The translations under genes were made by a program, and so were the position numbers. A DNA stretch of 63,913 bases, the filler included, from Octopus bimaculoides (Eukaryota), in the NCBI RefSeq assembly GCF_001194135.2. It is 6 parts of 6 records of this genome, joined end to end, with 100 filler letters (N's around TTAATTAATTAA, not from the genome) between each part and the next. Parts side by side here need not be neighbours in the genome. Positions count along the whole stretch, not along the records: positions 24,349 to 39,969 come from NC_068992.1; positions 40,070 to 47,045 come from NC_068987.1; positions 47,146 to 59,833 come from NC_068984.1; 3 more parts are not named here. The stretch is one strand, 5' to 3'. Numbering within the stretch: position 1 is the first letter of the stretch; every line of letters starts with the position of its first letter. Of this stretch, positions 37,930 through 52,000 are shown piece after piece. A model generated the notes under the pieces. It was not told the origin of the DNA and ran no database searches. It worked only from the letters and a program-made list of their open reading frames with translations.

Positions 37930-38545
37930 GGTGCTCTCCTCCTGTTTGCCAAAAGAAACTTGTCCATAGCTTGCATTTACTAAATATTTCGGATCTGGAA
38001 TTAAGTTGTGGAATTGTTATATCTGAAAAGAATGTGCGATCTTTCAACTACACATAAGTTACATTGTTTATGCCCATTAACATATGGCATGATGTTCTCT
38101 ACGATTCTTGACATGATTTTATGTGGTGTGCAGCTGACCTGAAACCCCACACGTGGCTAAGAAACTAAGTGGCTTTACTTTTGTCGGTGTGCCGGAAAGA
38201 ATCTAGGTGGTTTGCGTAACGCCTTTTGAGATCGCCCTCGCATAAATCGATAAACCGATGTAATTTTTCTTTTCAGTTTGGTCATCTTGAAGTTGTGTTA
38301 TGATTTCTGCCTCATAGATGCCGGAGTTTATCATACAGACCAGGTCAAGTGAACAAGTTTCAGTGTCACCATGAGCCAATTCGCAACTGTAATTGACTTT
38401 TGGTGATGCTTACGAGTGATAATGCTCTTCATATTGGAGTACGGCTGTATGATATTTTAATAGAGCGTATGTTAAAAAAATCTTCACGTAATTATTTACT
38501 GGGAAATGCTTATCTGAAAAAATTTTTATAGTTCTACTTTCGGGT
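37930..38545 (-). mobile_element. Penelope-like element, GIY-YIG endonuclease remnant
   Basis: Minus frames give DKHFP..KIF..KISYS, then in one frame CELAHGDTETCSLDLVCMINSGIYEAEIITQLQDDQTEKKNYIGL, then after small indels CEGDLKRRYANHLDSFRH..SHVW, PYVNGHKQCNLC and LNSRSEIFSKC. Confidence 0.85.
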
Positions 38546-38559
38546 ATACGCATTCTACA

Positions 38560-38880
38560 CAGTGTATTGTAGGGTCAGTTGGGCACCGTCTGTGAGAAAA
38601 ACAGAACCATGACATAATTCATTCTGCCGGAAATTTGGAAATAACATGCTGTACTGCTTTGCATTCGCGCCGGAAGCTTCAACACGAACATTTCAGAGTA
38701 TTTCGGTTTCAATCTGTGGCCAGTGCAATCTGAATTCATGTACCGAGAGTGATAAAAGTCAAACATCCATTTAACATCATGGTGTTTGGAGTAATCACTA
38801 GTGATGGCGACGTTATGCCTCCATTCATCTTCACATGCGGCCTCAGACTCAACGCGGAATGCCTGGAGGCACCCTGGGTC
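38560..38880 (+). mobile_element. Tc1/mariner (DD37D/maT-like) deletion derivative
   Basis: KHPFNIMVFGVITSDGDVMPPFIF..GLRLNA matches the KHP..VMVFG....G..MPP.F motif of maT-type transposases. Confidence 0.7.
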
Positions 38881-40773
38881 ATATATACATATATATATAT
38901 ATATGTATATATGTATATATATATATATATATNNNNNNNNNNNNNNNNNNNNNNNNNNNNNNNNNNNNNNNNNNNNNNNNNNNNNNNNNNNNNNNNNNNN
39001 NNNNNNNNNNNNNNNNNNNNNNNNNNNNNNNNNNNNNNNNNNNNNNNNNNNNNNNNNNNNNNNNNNNNNNNNNNNNNNNNNNNNNNNNNNNNNNNNNNNN
39101 NNNNNNNNNNNNNNNNNNNNNNNNNNNNNNNNNNNNNNNNNNNNNNNNNNNNNNNNNNNNNNNNNNNNNNNNNNNNNNNNNNNNNNNNNNNNNNNNNNNN
39201 NNNNNNNNNNNNNNNNNNNNNNNNNNNNNNNNNNNNNNNNNNNNNNNNNNNNNNNNNNNNNNNNNNNNNNNNNNNNNNNNNNNNNNNNNNNNNNNNNNNN
39301 NNNNNNNNNNNNNNNNNNNNNNNNNNNNNNNNNNNNNNNNNNNNNNNNNNNNNNNNNNNNNNNNNNNNNNNNNNNNNNNNNNNNNNNNNNNNNNNNNNNN
39401 NNNNNNNNNNNNNNNNNNNNNATATATATATATATATACACATATATATGTATATCTATATATATGTATGTATATTAATATCTATATCTGTATGTGTGCA
39501 TGTATATAATAATACCCACAATTGCATAAATTTTCCGTTATAGGGGAGACCATGCAGTTTACTTGATACGATAAGAAGTTTTTCACAAATGCAGCGGAGG
39601 AGAGAATATTATGAATATTGTAGATGGAAGCAGGCAACAACTTCAGCCATGAGACATGCTTGGGCGAGAGATTATATCATGCTTGCTCTATGAAGCTCAA
39701 CTTATAATTCTTGTAAGTCACTGTACGGAAAAAATCTATCAATCTACCTATCGGCCGTATTAATTGATGGCATTCGCTGGCTTTCTAGTTGATTTGACTG
39801 CAAGCACTAGCGGAAGGAAAAGGTTACAACACATCACTTTGTCCATTTGCTGCTCAGCTGTGAGACGGACTGTGTGTGTGTGTGTGTGTCTATGTGTATG
39901 TGTATGTGTGAATGTGCCTATGTGTGTGTCAGGATGTCTCCTCGTGTATGTATGTATGTATGTGTATATNNNNNNNNNNNNNNNNNNNNNNNNNNNNNNN
40001 NNNNNNNNNNNNNTTAATTAATTAANNNNNNNNNNNNNNNNNNNNNNNNNNNNNNNNNNNNNNNNNNNNTATATACGGGGAGGTGAATATCTCTGTCTCT
40101 TAGTAAGTAAAACCATTTTCCTGAAAATTGAAATAATTTTTTTAAAAGTGTCAGTAAGTTAAGAAATTGTAGAATGCAACAACGAAAAAGAATACTGCTA
40201 AGTTTCCCAAGAAGTGTGATATCAATAATGCATTATATGGTGCGAAACATGGACTGACTTTTGAAAAAAATTAAAAAGTATGGAAGATACCAGACGCGAA
40301 GTAGTATTTCAAAGTTTCCTATACGGCACAAGTAAAAATACAAACCAAAGATTAGATGACAACAAGTCTAGCAATAAAAGAAAAAACAGCGAAGTATCTT
40401 TGTATTTATTCACTACTTTGAATATCCCGATGGAAATCACATTGCCAGTATTCAAGAATTGTTTTTTTTTTATGTTTGTCAGAGTTGGTTCCGTTTGTTT
40501 TTATTTTAGTAAGGGTAAGTTTTTAAATTTCAAATATGACTTCATTTTTTAAGTGAATCTTCTTTACCAAAAATTTCGAAAGTTATGAAAATGGCAGAAA
40601 TTATTTACATGAATTTTAATATACACTGATTGAAAGATATATATGTAGGTAGATAGATAGGTAGATAACCAGATAGGTAATAATCACAAAAACAAACATA
40701 AAGGCAGATAGTTACAAAGATAAATACATACATACGCAGAAAGATTGTCAGACAGATACGACAGGCAGTTGGA

Positions 40774-40819
<46 letters not shown>

Positions 40820-41167
40820 CCAACAGACGGACAGATAGAAAGACAGTCATCTGATGAGATGGATGCATCATACGCATCTAAGAAACTTTTAGTTATGTAG
40901 CACTGTGTAGAACTATTATTAAAATGTATTTAACTGCTTCCAAACGTGAGTGCTACTTGATTTCATTTCCCCATTCACCCTGGTTTCCTCACAGACTTTA
41001 CTGGGTGCGCTAAAGGAGGCTATTTCATCGATACGTAGTTGGTATATGTGAAAACTGATCTTGTTAAGACTTAACGGCTCGAAGAACTTAAAGATACTAC
41101 TGAACACAGAATGCCAATTTTAATTGTTGATCTTGCGATTCCGTTTATTAGGAATTATTTCTAACAT

Positions 41168-41385
41168 AAGACGGCGAGCTGGCGGAATTGTTAGCACATG
41201 AGCTGAAATGCTCACTGGTATTTCGTCTGTCTTTAATATCCGAGTTCAAATTCCGCAGTATCGGACTATGCCTTTGATCCTTTCGGAGTCGATAAAATAA
41301 GTAACAGTTGAGCACTGGGTTGATTTTATCGACTTAGCTCACTCCCCGAAAACTGCTGGCTTTGTTTCAAAATTTGATACCAATA
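41168..41385 (+). mobile_element. SINE family A (a further partial reverse copy lies at ~41440-41540)
   Basis: aagacggcgagctggcggaattgttagcac...gtcgataaaataagtaacagttgagcactggg. Confidence 0.8.
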
Positions 41386-41632
41386 AATATTTCCAGTGTA
41401 GGCTCAAGATTACAGATCTTGAGAACTGGGTATATATGATTGCTTGAAACGTTGTAGTCATATGGTAATTCTTTCCATCGACCTCGAAGTGATAAAAGTC
41501 AAAGTTGACTCTGGTGGAATTTGAACTGAAAATTGAAAGAGACGTAATTAATCACCGGAAGAAGTCATCTTGTTGCCACGTTTATTCTTTAAAAAGCAAT
41601 AAAAAATCAGTTGAACAGCAAGTGTATTAATA

Positions 41633-41633
41633 A

Positions 41634-41694
<61 letters not shown>

Positions 41695-41697
41695 AAA

Positions 41698-41754
<57 letters not shown>

Positions 41755-41755
41755 C
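41633..41755. repeat. (GA)n/(GAAA) microsatellite
   Basis: Read directly. Confidence 0.95.
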
Positions 41756-43054
41756 CAGCTCCAAGGTCTCTGTTAAAACGTGACGTCGTGTGAAAGAAAA
41801 AAATATACCTTTAAGAAGCATTTCAGTTTGATCATCCTGAAACGTGTGCAAAAATTATTCATGAAGAAATCGCCGATCAGATACAATAATTGTCCTCAAC
41901 GTTAAACAAAACACTTCAGCCAAACATAAAAAATGACAGCAAATATAAATTTTAAAAAATCACCACTTGTGTTCAGGTACTTGACAAATGCACATAAAAT
42001 ATTTGCAAACCTTTTCATTGGATATCATTTTTTTTTATTATTGCGAAAGAAGGGAAGTCAAAATCATGATTTCTCTTTTTGAGAAGAATGCATCAACGGC
42101 TTAATCTGAGAAAAACCACCATCTCTATCGAATATAGTTAACCTCTGAAAAAATGACATGCAGAACAAATGCTTACCTGAGCGATAGTGATGTATTACAA
42201 AATGGACTGAAATAAATCAGCACCTTGATAGAAGACCATCTCCATCGCTTTCTTTAGATCCGTTACCAAAACAGTTGGCTTCCTTTCGCTGAATCTAGTT
42301 GTTTCTGATCACTTTAAAATGATGTCAGAGCCAACGTTAAGCTTGTCGATATCTCAGTGCGCTAATGGTCGTAGTTTCTTTGCTTCTTCTCTTCCCTCCT
42401 CCGCTATCGCCAATATTTAAGGCCTTGTAAGAGGCTACACGCTGCTTTTCTACCACTAACAAAGCCAAAAAATCTACATTATGGCTGTAATATGGTATAA
42501 ATGAACTTATTACCAAAGAGAAAGCGAAACTTAAGCGTCGTATAGATCAGGCGTGGTGGTTTCTTATAACTATGAAAGACAACACTGAAGCAAATTCCAC
42601 CTGACAACACCGCATTTCACAAACTGTTTATATTGCTCAATCTATTATATTATAAAAATATAATTATATATAAAACTGTAGAGAAGTGAAGGTTTGTAAC
42701 ATGAACACCTACTGTATTTCTTTACATTTGTGTCGAATTTTATTTTTTCTCAGAGTTCTATACTTTAAACCTAGCTGTAATTACATCTACAAAGTAATTA
42801 TTACTTTTCACAATTAGTTACAACGTAGATAAAGAAATAAAATAGGTTTTCCTAAAAAATAATTTGTTTTAAAATCTGTCTATTCACTTAGTTAAAATAA
42901 AATTAAATCAACAAAAACACATTCAATATAATAAATATTTTTTTAAACGATTTAATTCTTTCAGAACGCTGCAGGTTCTCCAAACTAATTTTGATTGACT
43001 GACGACCGACTATTTCAGATGGACTTTTGTTAAAGCACCGAGTGACACTGGCGT

Positions 43055-43200
43055 AGCTGGGGTCCGCCCCGGGCAGCGCTTTTAAAGGAGTGGCACATTT
43101 GGGTCTGACATAGGTAATATGCGTTTTTTGTAGGGTCTGCGGGCGGGAAATGAAAGGGCCGGTCCGGGCGGCACACACTCTAACTACGGTAGTACCGAGT
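43055..43200. promoter_or_regulatory. GC-box/CpG-rich candidate promoter
   Basis: ggggtccgccccgggc (43060-43075), gcgggcggga (~43140) and ccgggcggc (~43165) form a local GC island in otherwise AT-rich DNA. Splice-donor-like sites point away from it on both strands. Confidence 0.45.
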
Positions 43201-43760
43201 AATTAACCAGAAAGCTGGAAGTACGTCTTCCGTGAATAGTACCGTCTTATGCATATCGCTAAAACATTGAGACACAAGTACCCCGGTAAGATATGAATCT
43301 ACACTGCTGTTCTAAACAGCGGCAATAATGTAACACCAGTATTTCGTTAACTTCCTCTCATGAGTGTGGATAGTTATAGAGTAATGACGTTCATCAGGAT
43401 GTTTTGTTGTAGATATAATAAAATAAGAATGGAAGATTGTCTTCATTGTTTCTTTTTTATATGTTACTCATACGATGCGATTTAGTGTATGTTACTCTTT
43501 CAGACTTGTTAGATAGAAGGAGCTAACATTATCTTTCGACCTCCATAGGTTAAATTTCTGCAGAAGAAACGATACCATAGTGCAAAGTACAAGTATGTTC
43601 TGAATGTTTTCAACAGAACTTACTGTTCTAAAGTACGTCAAAGAGGTATGACAGAAAATATGGCACGGTAAGCTTGACCGAATGGCCCAGTGGCTTATAG
43701 GAGGCTCACAAATAAACTAGATAGCTTGAGCTAAAATTAATAATCAGTGTATAGAATATG

Positions 43761-43810
<50 letters not shown>

Positions 43811-44152
43811 NNNNNNNNNNNNNNNNNNNNNNNNNNNNNNNNNNNNNNNNNNNNNNNNNNNNNNNNNNNNNNNNNNNNNNNNNNNNNNNNNNNNNNNNNN
43901 NNNNNNNNNNNNNNNNNNNNNNNNNNNNNNNNNNNNNNNNNNNNNNNNNNNNNNNNNNNNNNNNNNNNNNNNNNNNNNNNNNNNNNNNNNNNNNNNNNNN
44001 NNNNNNNNNNNNNNNNNNNNNNNNNNNNNNNNNNNNNNNNNNNNNNNNNNNNNNNNNNNNNNNNNNNNNNNNNNNNNNNNNNNNNNNNNNNNNNNNNNNN
44101 NNNNNNNNNNNNNNNNNNNNNNNNNNNNNNNNNNNNNNNNNNNNNNNNNNNN

Positions 44153-44201
<49 letters not shown>

Positions 44202-44959
44202 CTATGTATAGATTCATCATTCATCATCTGAAGTCTCCACCCTTTGCTTTCTCTCGTTTTGCATGTATACATATATGCATATTTTGTATTTGATGTATTT
44301 AATATATTTAATATCTTTGATGTGTCTAATTTGCTTACCCCCATAATTGCTTTTATATGCATACATACATACATACATACATACATACACAGATACATAT
44401 ACACAAACACATACGTACAGACCGAAAATATGCATACATACCTACATTACTTTACGTTCAGATTTCAAATCTCCTCTTTATTTGTGCATCTAATGCTTTT
44501 TGGATTGTTAAGGCGTATTCCGGTGAAACGTTGTAGACCATTTAATGGTGTATATATCAAAACACTCTTTGAACTCTGAATCAGTATATTTCTAATATCA
44601 AAAACTATATGATATATTCAAAGACTTTTCTGATTTATGTGTTGCAGACGACTTTATTTTGCTAATATGTATTTCCATTTTGTTATCAAGATGTTACTTT
44701 ATGATTTACACTAATGTTTAGTTAGATACTACTTCTAGCCTATTTTATGACAACAACTTGGATCCTTGTTTGGCTCACCTAGATTTTATGATTCTGTGAC
44801 TGCTTTAACCGTCGTAACTTTTGTTGATAAGTATAATAATATCCGACTTGTAAAGGAGATTTTTTTCTTTTAAAGCATTCGCTCGTTACAAGGTCCTAAG
44901 AGTTGTAAGAGGAAACAATTCAGTGATGCAATGAATCTGCACTATCGATCTTCGTCTTT

Positions 44960-45018
<59 letters not shown>

Positions 45019-45679
45019 GGATGGATAGATAGATAGTTTAATACATACACAGGGAGCGAGATAAAGAAAGAGTGTGTGAGAGGTACATAAATAAGGAGAT
45101 AGATAGACGGTGCAAGATAGAAAGTTAGGATGAAAACAGAAGTAATACTGCTGGATATTATGCCCGAAATCATTATGTTAGAAGGGAAAAATCCACTTCA
45201 GAATAGATTCAGATTCTCCATCTTTTTTACGTATTTTGTATATATTTTCTTTTCTTTCCTAAGGTAACTTTTTTTCTTCAACATTTCTTGTAAAGAGTTT
45301 TCTAATATATTTGTTCTCAGTTCATATTGTATGCATGCATGCATGTATGTATGAATGTATGCATGCATGTATGTATGTATGCATGTATGTATGTATGTAT
45401 GTATGTATGTATGCGTGTGTGTGTGTACGGGCGTGCATGGCATGTATGTATGTATGTACGCACGTATGTATGAATGTATTGATAGATAGATAGATAGATA
45501 GATATGTTTGTGGATACGTAGCGATATACATATATAAACACATACATGCACACATCTATACATGATGTCCACCAAAAATAATTTAATACACACCAAGAAA
45601 AAATACATGTAGAAAATTTTTAATAAATATATGCAGATATCACGTGATTAATACACCTTACCTTTAAACTCTACAATTA

Positions 45680-46860
45680 CAAAACGTGTTCAAAAGTTAA
45701 GGCCATTAGTTTCCAGATATTACTACAGCGAACATCTGCTTGGCAAACATTGGGCAATTTGTCACATGAAATTTAATTTTCTTTCCGTGGGGCCGTCAGT
45801 GTGGCCGGTTTTCTTCGATACTTGATATCTTTTAAAGTAGCCAGGAAGTAAAAGACTGAGGGTGTTAAATCAAGAATACAGGAGGATAATAGCTTCTTCC
45901 TATCGACAGCACAGCTTCTTCCTATCCGACGTTCTTGCAAAATTTTCATCTAATCTTGCATCCTACGGTAATAATGTGGCCGTGCGTCATCTTGCTGAAA
46001 GAAAAATTATTCATTTCTATAAAGTGAATATATGACAGATAAAATTCACGTACGTAGCATGCCTCGGTACGTTTCACTGGTAACGGTCATTTTGAAAAAT
46101 AGATGGTACTATTAAGCTATTTGATGGCATCAACGCCAGACATTGATCGCCGGTAATTTGATAGATTTGTTCACGTGCAAGCAAGGATTTTCTGGTATCC
46201 TTTAATCAGAATTATGTCGGTTCAATGTTCATTTTGCTTAAATTTTGCTTCATCAGACCAAATAATCGTCCTCACAAACTCTTCATGTGCACCTACCATG
46301 TGTTGAAACCATTCATAAAACTTGTTTGTTGTATCAGGGCCGTCGTCGTTAACTGTATATAATAATCTTGGGGTTTAGACTTTCTTCTTAGCGCTTTGAA
46401 AATACGCCATGCTCTTGTACTGCATATTCTTGTCTCGCGTACACATTGTGCTGTAAACGCCTGTGTGTTGTTCCAACATTACAGCCAAGGAAGTAGTACC
46501 GGTTATTATACGAGGTTTACAACGTTTTTCCCTCTACACATCACAAACTGTACCATGTGTTTCGAACTCGTCATGAATCTGTAAAATTGTCAGACGTGTT
46601 GGAATTTCCGACACAAATTTTCATCTCGAATCTTGTTGGACACCACAAACATTCTCAAACTTGAAATACCATTTTCAAATTGACTAACGTTCTTTAAACG
46701 ATGACCATACTGCTGCCATTGTGTTATAGTTGTTCTCAGTAGCACCAAGTACTCATAAATGAGTTTCCATTTTTTATAAAATCTAAAGTAACAGCCATTG
46801 ACTATTTCATACGCTAACAATTTATCAAGACCAATCCAACTGTTTCAGTCTCACACCTTA
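45680..46860 (-). mobile_element. Degraded Tc1/mariner element (DD37D/DD41D-like)
   Basis: Minus frames give TRLTILQIHDEFETHGTVCDV, IIWSDEAKFK, FQQDDARPHY and a PP.S.DLTP-like motif. Confidence 0.8.
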
Positions 46861-47617
46861 CACAAATTAGAAAATTAGAGTATTTTTAAAACGAAAAAAT
46901 GTTTTGAGAATTTTTCATTAAAATTGATTTCTTTAAAAAATCCAAAATGCCAAAATTGTTAAAGATTGATTAATCTGTCAATGTCTGAGTAAATTTAGTA
47001 TTAAAATATTTCAATATTCAATATATATATATATATATATATATANNNNNNNNNNNNNNNNNNNNNNNNNNNNNNNNNNNNNNNNNNNNTTAATTAATTA
47101 ANNNNNNNNNNNNNNNNNNNNNNNNNNNNNNNNNNNNNNNNNNNNTTGTCCATCAGTATATTACTGGTTATGACATAAAACTGGTAGGAATGTTACTATC
47201 AGTTCGTTTATGTATGTCTCTGCTCTTGCTTTTGTGTGTGTTGTTTTCTCAATTAAGACTGACATATCATAAAGCAGCCATAGTAACAACTACTACCTAT
47301 TCAATTTATTTAGTTATAAACTTTTAGCTATTTATTTCTTGCTTCATTATATTGTTTAATGTAAACATTCTGTCCAATAAAGTGGGTAAATATAAATCTA
47401 TAGTATGATGTTGTCATCACAGTGTGGGCTGTGTATGTGCATGTGTGAGTGATAGACGGACAGAGAGGGAGAGGAGGGAAAGAGAGAGGAGAAGGAGGGA
47501 GATTGTAATTGAGTTTCAAGTGAATCATAGCAAAAAATTTCATTAGCTAAAAATGTTGATTTCACTTATGGCTTTCAAGTGCATGGCTTGTACAAGCGAG
47601 GCAATAGAGACTGAATC

Positions 47618-47648
<31 letters not shown>

Positions 47649-47655
47649 TATGTAT

Positions 47656-47687
<32 letters not shown>

Positions 47688-47899
47688 ATATATATATGTA
47701 TATGTATACATATGTATGCATGTATGTATAATTGTATACAGAGAGAATGACACGTGTGTGCACACACATAAAACAAGCTGAGTCAGGTTTTTTTTATGAT
47801 TTTCACTGATGATTTTTGGCAACTTGTATCTGCATGTTATATCATTAATTTGATATAGCTTGTTGTCCAATAGTTGCTGAATTGTTTATTCTTTATTTT

Positions 47900-48890
47900 A
47901 TGGCTTTGATAATGTGCGGTGAGAAAACTGCATTTAGAATCATTTTGCATAACTCGTGGGAAAATGGACTGAGTCTTGGGCAGTGGTGAAATACATTAAT
48001 AATGAGGAAAGCCAAAGAGCTGTCAATGAACGTGTGGCACAAAACTTGTTTAGACTTTTCAGGTAGATGACACCAACATCAAAGACAAACCAAGGTCAGA
48101 GAGACCTGCTGTTGTGGAAGGTGAGGCCTTTCTTGAAATGTTTGAACAAGAGACAAACACATGTATGCGTACATTGTTGGCAGATCTTTTCCCTTCATAA
48201 AGTACCATCAATCAACACCTCCATAAGCTTGGCCTTGTGAATAAGCACTGTTGAAAAGCTCCTCATGAACCGACCAATGCTTAGGCTCAACAACATGCAA
48301 ATATTTGCAAACAATTACTGTCTAATCCTAAAGATGTTTGAGTTTGGCATTGAATTAAAACTAAAGATGAAAGTAAATCTATTTTTGTAAACCTAATATG
48401 AGAAATCAGTGGCTTCATTCTAGCCAGGTTTCAGAACCTGTTATCAAACAGAAATGGTTTGAACAGAAGATCATGTTGTGCATTTGGTGGGATTTTGAGA
48501 GGTTGTTGTCCCAGATGGTCAGACTGTGAATGCACACCAGTATGTTCAACAAATGCAATGAGTATATGATGTTTTAAAAGCCTGCTACCCAGTATTGGTC
48601 AATTAGAGACACACTCTCCAACAGCATGACAATACCCCAGTACACACTGCCAATGTGACAAAGTGAAAACTTGATGAACTTGGGGGTTGGAAGTGCTGCC
48701 TCACCCTCCCTACTCTCCTGACAGTGCACCATCAAATTACCATATCTTTCTGAGCCAGTTTTCATTTCCTGTATGAAAGGTGGTTCAATAATGAGGATGG
48801 GGTTGAAAACAGATGCAGGGAGGTTTTTGCCTCTAAACCAACCAAATGTTATAAGTGTGGAATTGAGCTTCTGGCACGATGAAATACCGG
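47900..48890 (+). mobile_element. Near full-length degraded mariner transposase
   Basis: DKPRSERP, KIMLCIWWDFE, QHDNTPVHTANVT and LPHPPYSPDSAPSNYHIF across frameshifts. Confidence 0.9.
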
Positions 48891-49339
48891 TAAAAGCAAA
48901 AGCAGCAATCTAATATAAAATTACTGACTTATTTTCTCATGAAAACAGTGTCATAGTGTGAAATCAAATAGCTGTAAAACAAAATTTTCATATTTAATTT
49001 TAATATTAATGTCACATTAACATTACTTTACAAATACTTCAATATTTCTTGCTGTACAGTATTATGATTTTGAACAAGGTAAATAACTGAAACCAAAATA
49101 GAAGTGGTCTTGCTATGATGGTATTTTGCACAGAATTGTATTAAATTGCTTGTATCTGGTTGATCAATTATATGCATAGCCGCTTATGTCCAGTTCATAT
49201 TCTGTGATATTTTATAAGGTATTACTAAGTGCAGTGATACAACGGACATAGCTTTCAGCACTAACTTATGTGAAGTTAGTTTCTGTACTACTGGGCTAGG
49301 TAGAGGACCAGGATTTCCAAAACACTTTAGCACCTTCAC

Positions 49340-49480
49340 CGTCGTCGTCGTCATTGTCGTTTAACGTCTGCTTTCCATGCTGGCATGAATTGGATGGTTC
49401 AACTGAGGGCTGGGAAGCCAGAAGGCTGCACCAGGCTCAAATCCAATCTCGATACCCTTCCTAACGCCAACTACTCCTAT
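49340..49480 (-). mobile_element. SINE/LINE-tail family D (RTE-like gcatggaaagc(a/g)gacgttaa plus (GAT/GAC)n end)
   Basis: Homologous to 54005-54190 and 63735-63913. Confidence 0.7.
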
Positions 49481-49779
49481 GCATTAACAAAGTACAATTC
49501 CCATACTTTATTTTATAACTGACTACCATAACTGTGCATGCTCTAGTTTTGTCAGTAGTAATACACCTGGTCACAATTCATACAAAAAAATTAATAGATT
49601 ATTTAAAATACTTTTCTTCTTTTTTTTTGTTGTTTTTTTTTAAGTGTTGCACACCTCCACCAGTTTATGATCTCAAAGTGTATTTAATTATTTTAGTGAT
49701 TTAGTTATTCTTCATAAATGAATTATTTTTCGACACTTTCAAATATTATATTATATTGTACAATATGACATTGTTTTGT

Positions 49780-50270
49780 GCAGACAGAAGCACACAGCTG
49801 GAAGTGTTCAAAGTCTTGATAAGTTCTGCATTTGAAATCATTTAGAAAATTCTTCAGAAGAATGAACTGATCATTTGTATGATGAAATTATAAGAAAAGT
49901 TATAGTTCTTGTGGTCAATGCTTCACCTGGAATTTCAGTAATTGTTGATGGAAGTACTGACATATCTAAGAAGAAGCAATTGTTACTTGCTGTGTGATTT
50001 GTTGACACAACTAAACCTGATAGTATTATTTGTGAGAAATTCTTGACATTACAACACTAAGTGAATTGGATGCTGTCTCCATTGTCAGAGCAATATTGAT
50101 CAGTTGACAAAATGTGGGTTAAATCAAGAAAATCTACTTAACCAAGTAATTGATTGCTGCTTTATAGCGGCAGGAAAAGTAGGTACAGTGCAAGTTGAAA
50201 TAAAGAGCAAATATCCAAAAAGTTGTACTTATTCATTGTGCTCCACATAAACTAAATCTCATGTATACAG
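49780..50270 (+). mobile_element. hAT (ZMYM1-like) transposase remnant
   Basis: ISVIVDGSTDISKKKQLLLAV*FVD...CEKFL and IHCAPHKLNL (CxxH motif). Confidence 0.85.
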
Positions 50271-50384
50271 TTCCAGTAAAAAGGAATTCTGTTGTTGTTG
50301 TGTTGGGTTAAAAGTTTTGCAATATTTTGGTAACTTGTTTTCTTTATTCACAAAGTTCCAAAAAAAGCAACCTAATATTCAGAT

Positions 50385-50520
50385 TAGGGGCCATTGTGCT
50401 ATACCATCTAAAGCCACCTTTTTGCAAGTTCTTTGATCCCATGTTGAGATCATTTCTAGTCTTTCAAGATAAAGAACTCCTTCACTAATGCTTCCACCTC
50501 TTCTTGGGGCACAGTAAGTG
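50385..50520 (-). mobile_element. Mariner C-terminal fragment
   Basis: EEVEALVKEFFILKD*K*SQHGIKELAKRWL*MV*HNG resembles the conserved mariner C-terminus. Confidence 0.6.
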
Positions 50521-50665
50521 AGGCATGGATGGGAACAAGTGTAATAATCTGAGGGACATTTTCTCTGCAATCCTAACATGTATAAGCAATGTTTAAGCAA
50601 GGGCCAGCTTCCAGAAGTATTTATGATATATCCTCGTAATGTTTTTACATTACTCCCTACTTATA

Positions 50666-50704
<39 letters not shown>

Positions 50705-51569
50705 GGTATGTGAATAAACTGCCGTCTAAATTATACAAACATGAAGATAATACTGACATCTCATTTTAACAGATATATTTACTAAAAGAGTAAATTTATT
50801 CAATTTATGAGGAGTCACCTATACAGCTAAGGGTCTGATAAGAGTGAAACCAAAGGTCACTGTCTGACTGGGCATAACAAAGATCCTTCTAAATATATTT
50901 GTATATACATAATTACATACATACATGTTTTATTTTTATGGTTACTTACAATGTATGCCATACCCCATTTGGACATCAGTCTTCAGCGTATAAAATCTAA
51001 CACACCTCTCAGCTGTTTAGAGAGCTGGTTATTCTCCTGATCATATTCAGTGGAGAAACGTTTTATTTCAGATTAATAGTTGAGTCAACATGTGGGGAAC
51101 TGTTACAAACAATATGATTAAATGTGACATCACCAATGCTGGATGAGAACCTTGCGGAAAAATATTTTTAAAAATAAAACGAAATATTAGTAGTTGTAAT
51201 TACAGAAGTTATCGAAATTATAAAATGCATTTTTCATGGGATTTAAAGCTGCATGAATTTTGCTGTTGCATAACAACAGCAAAAAACAGATTTTTCTCTT
51301 AGTTATGTGAATAGAATTAAAATAAATGGGAAAAACTTCACACCAAGCTAAAATGTTTCCTGACAAAATTGTGCCAACAAACATATTTGTTGAACACGAG
51401 AGAAGGTTTATAAATGTAATTTTATTCGTAATTGTGACCAAAGTGTACAAATAATCATATAAAAACAGTCAAGAGCACTTATGACTACAGCAAGGTAAAT
51501 ATAAATGATACAATGAAATACAATCATGCTTACCCATAATATGAAAGAATGCTAGAGTATTTCAGTTCA

Positions 51570-52000
51570 AACCACCTGGAAATGTAAGAAAAATAAGCCA
51601 GGCATAATGATCTGATATTGCAAAAAGAAAATATGCTCGATAGTGGAAGTCAGTTGTGTAGCAGAGATTAAGATTATGTTATTGATAAGGGGGAAGGGGC
51701 AGAACAATTATGGCATAATTTTTATCATAAATATACTACTGAGTGATACAAATTGATAATGATGAGGATCATGTTGCCTTGTTGAATTTATCAAAAAAGA
51801 ACGTTATCTATAATGCATTATAAAATGTTTAATATTTTTAATGAATATTGAAATCATTATGTTGGTATTAGTTGTTAAATAAAAATCATCTTAGGATTAG
51901 ACCAAGAAGCTGCTAAAAAAGAAAACAGCCAAAATACTTTCCAATGGACATATTGAAAGCATTCAATTGCAAAGTTAATTATGAGATTCCACATAAAAGG
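51570..52000 (+). mobile_element. R4/Dong RLE fragment
   Basis: KCKKNKPGIMI*YCKKKICSIVEVSC resembles the (H)NKPDI..WD....C.IVE.SC nuclease motif. Confidence 0.5.

Noticed and set aside
42903-43178. 91-aa minus ORF as a CDS
   Set aside because: It starts at GTG within the GC-box island and is open mainly because of high GC. No recognisable protein.
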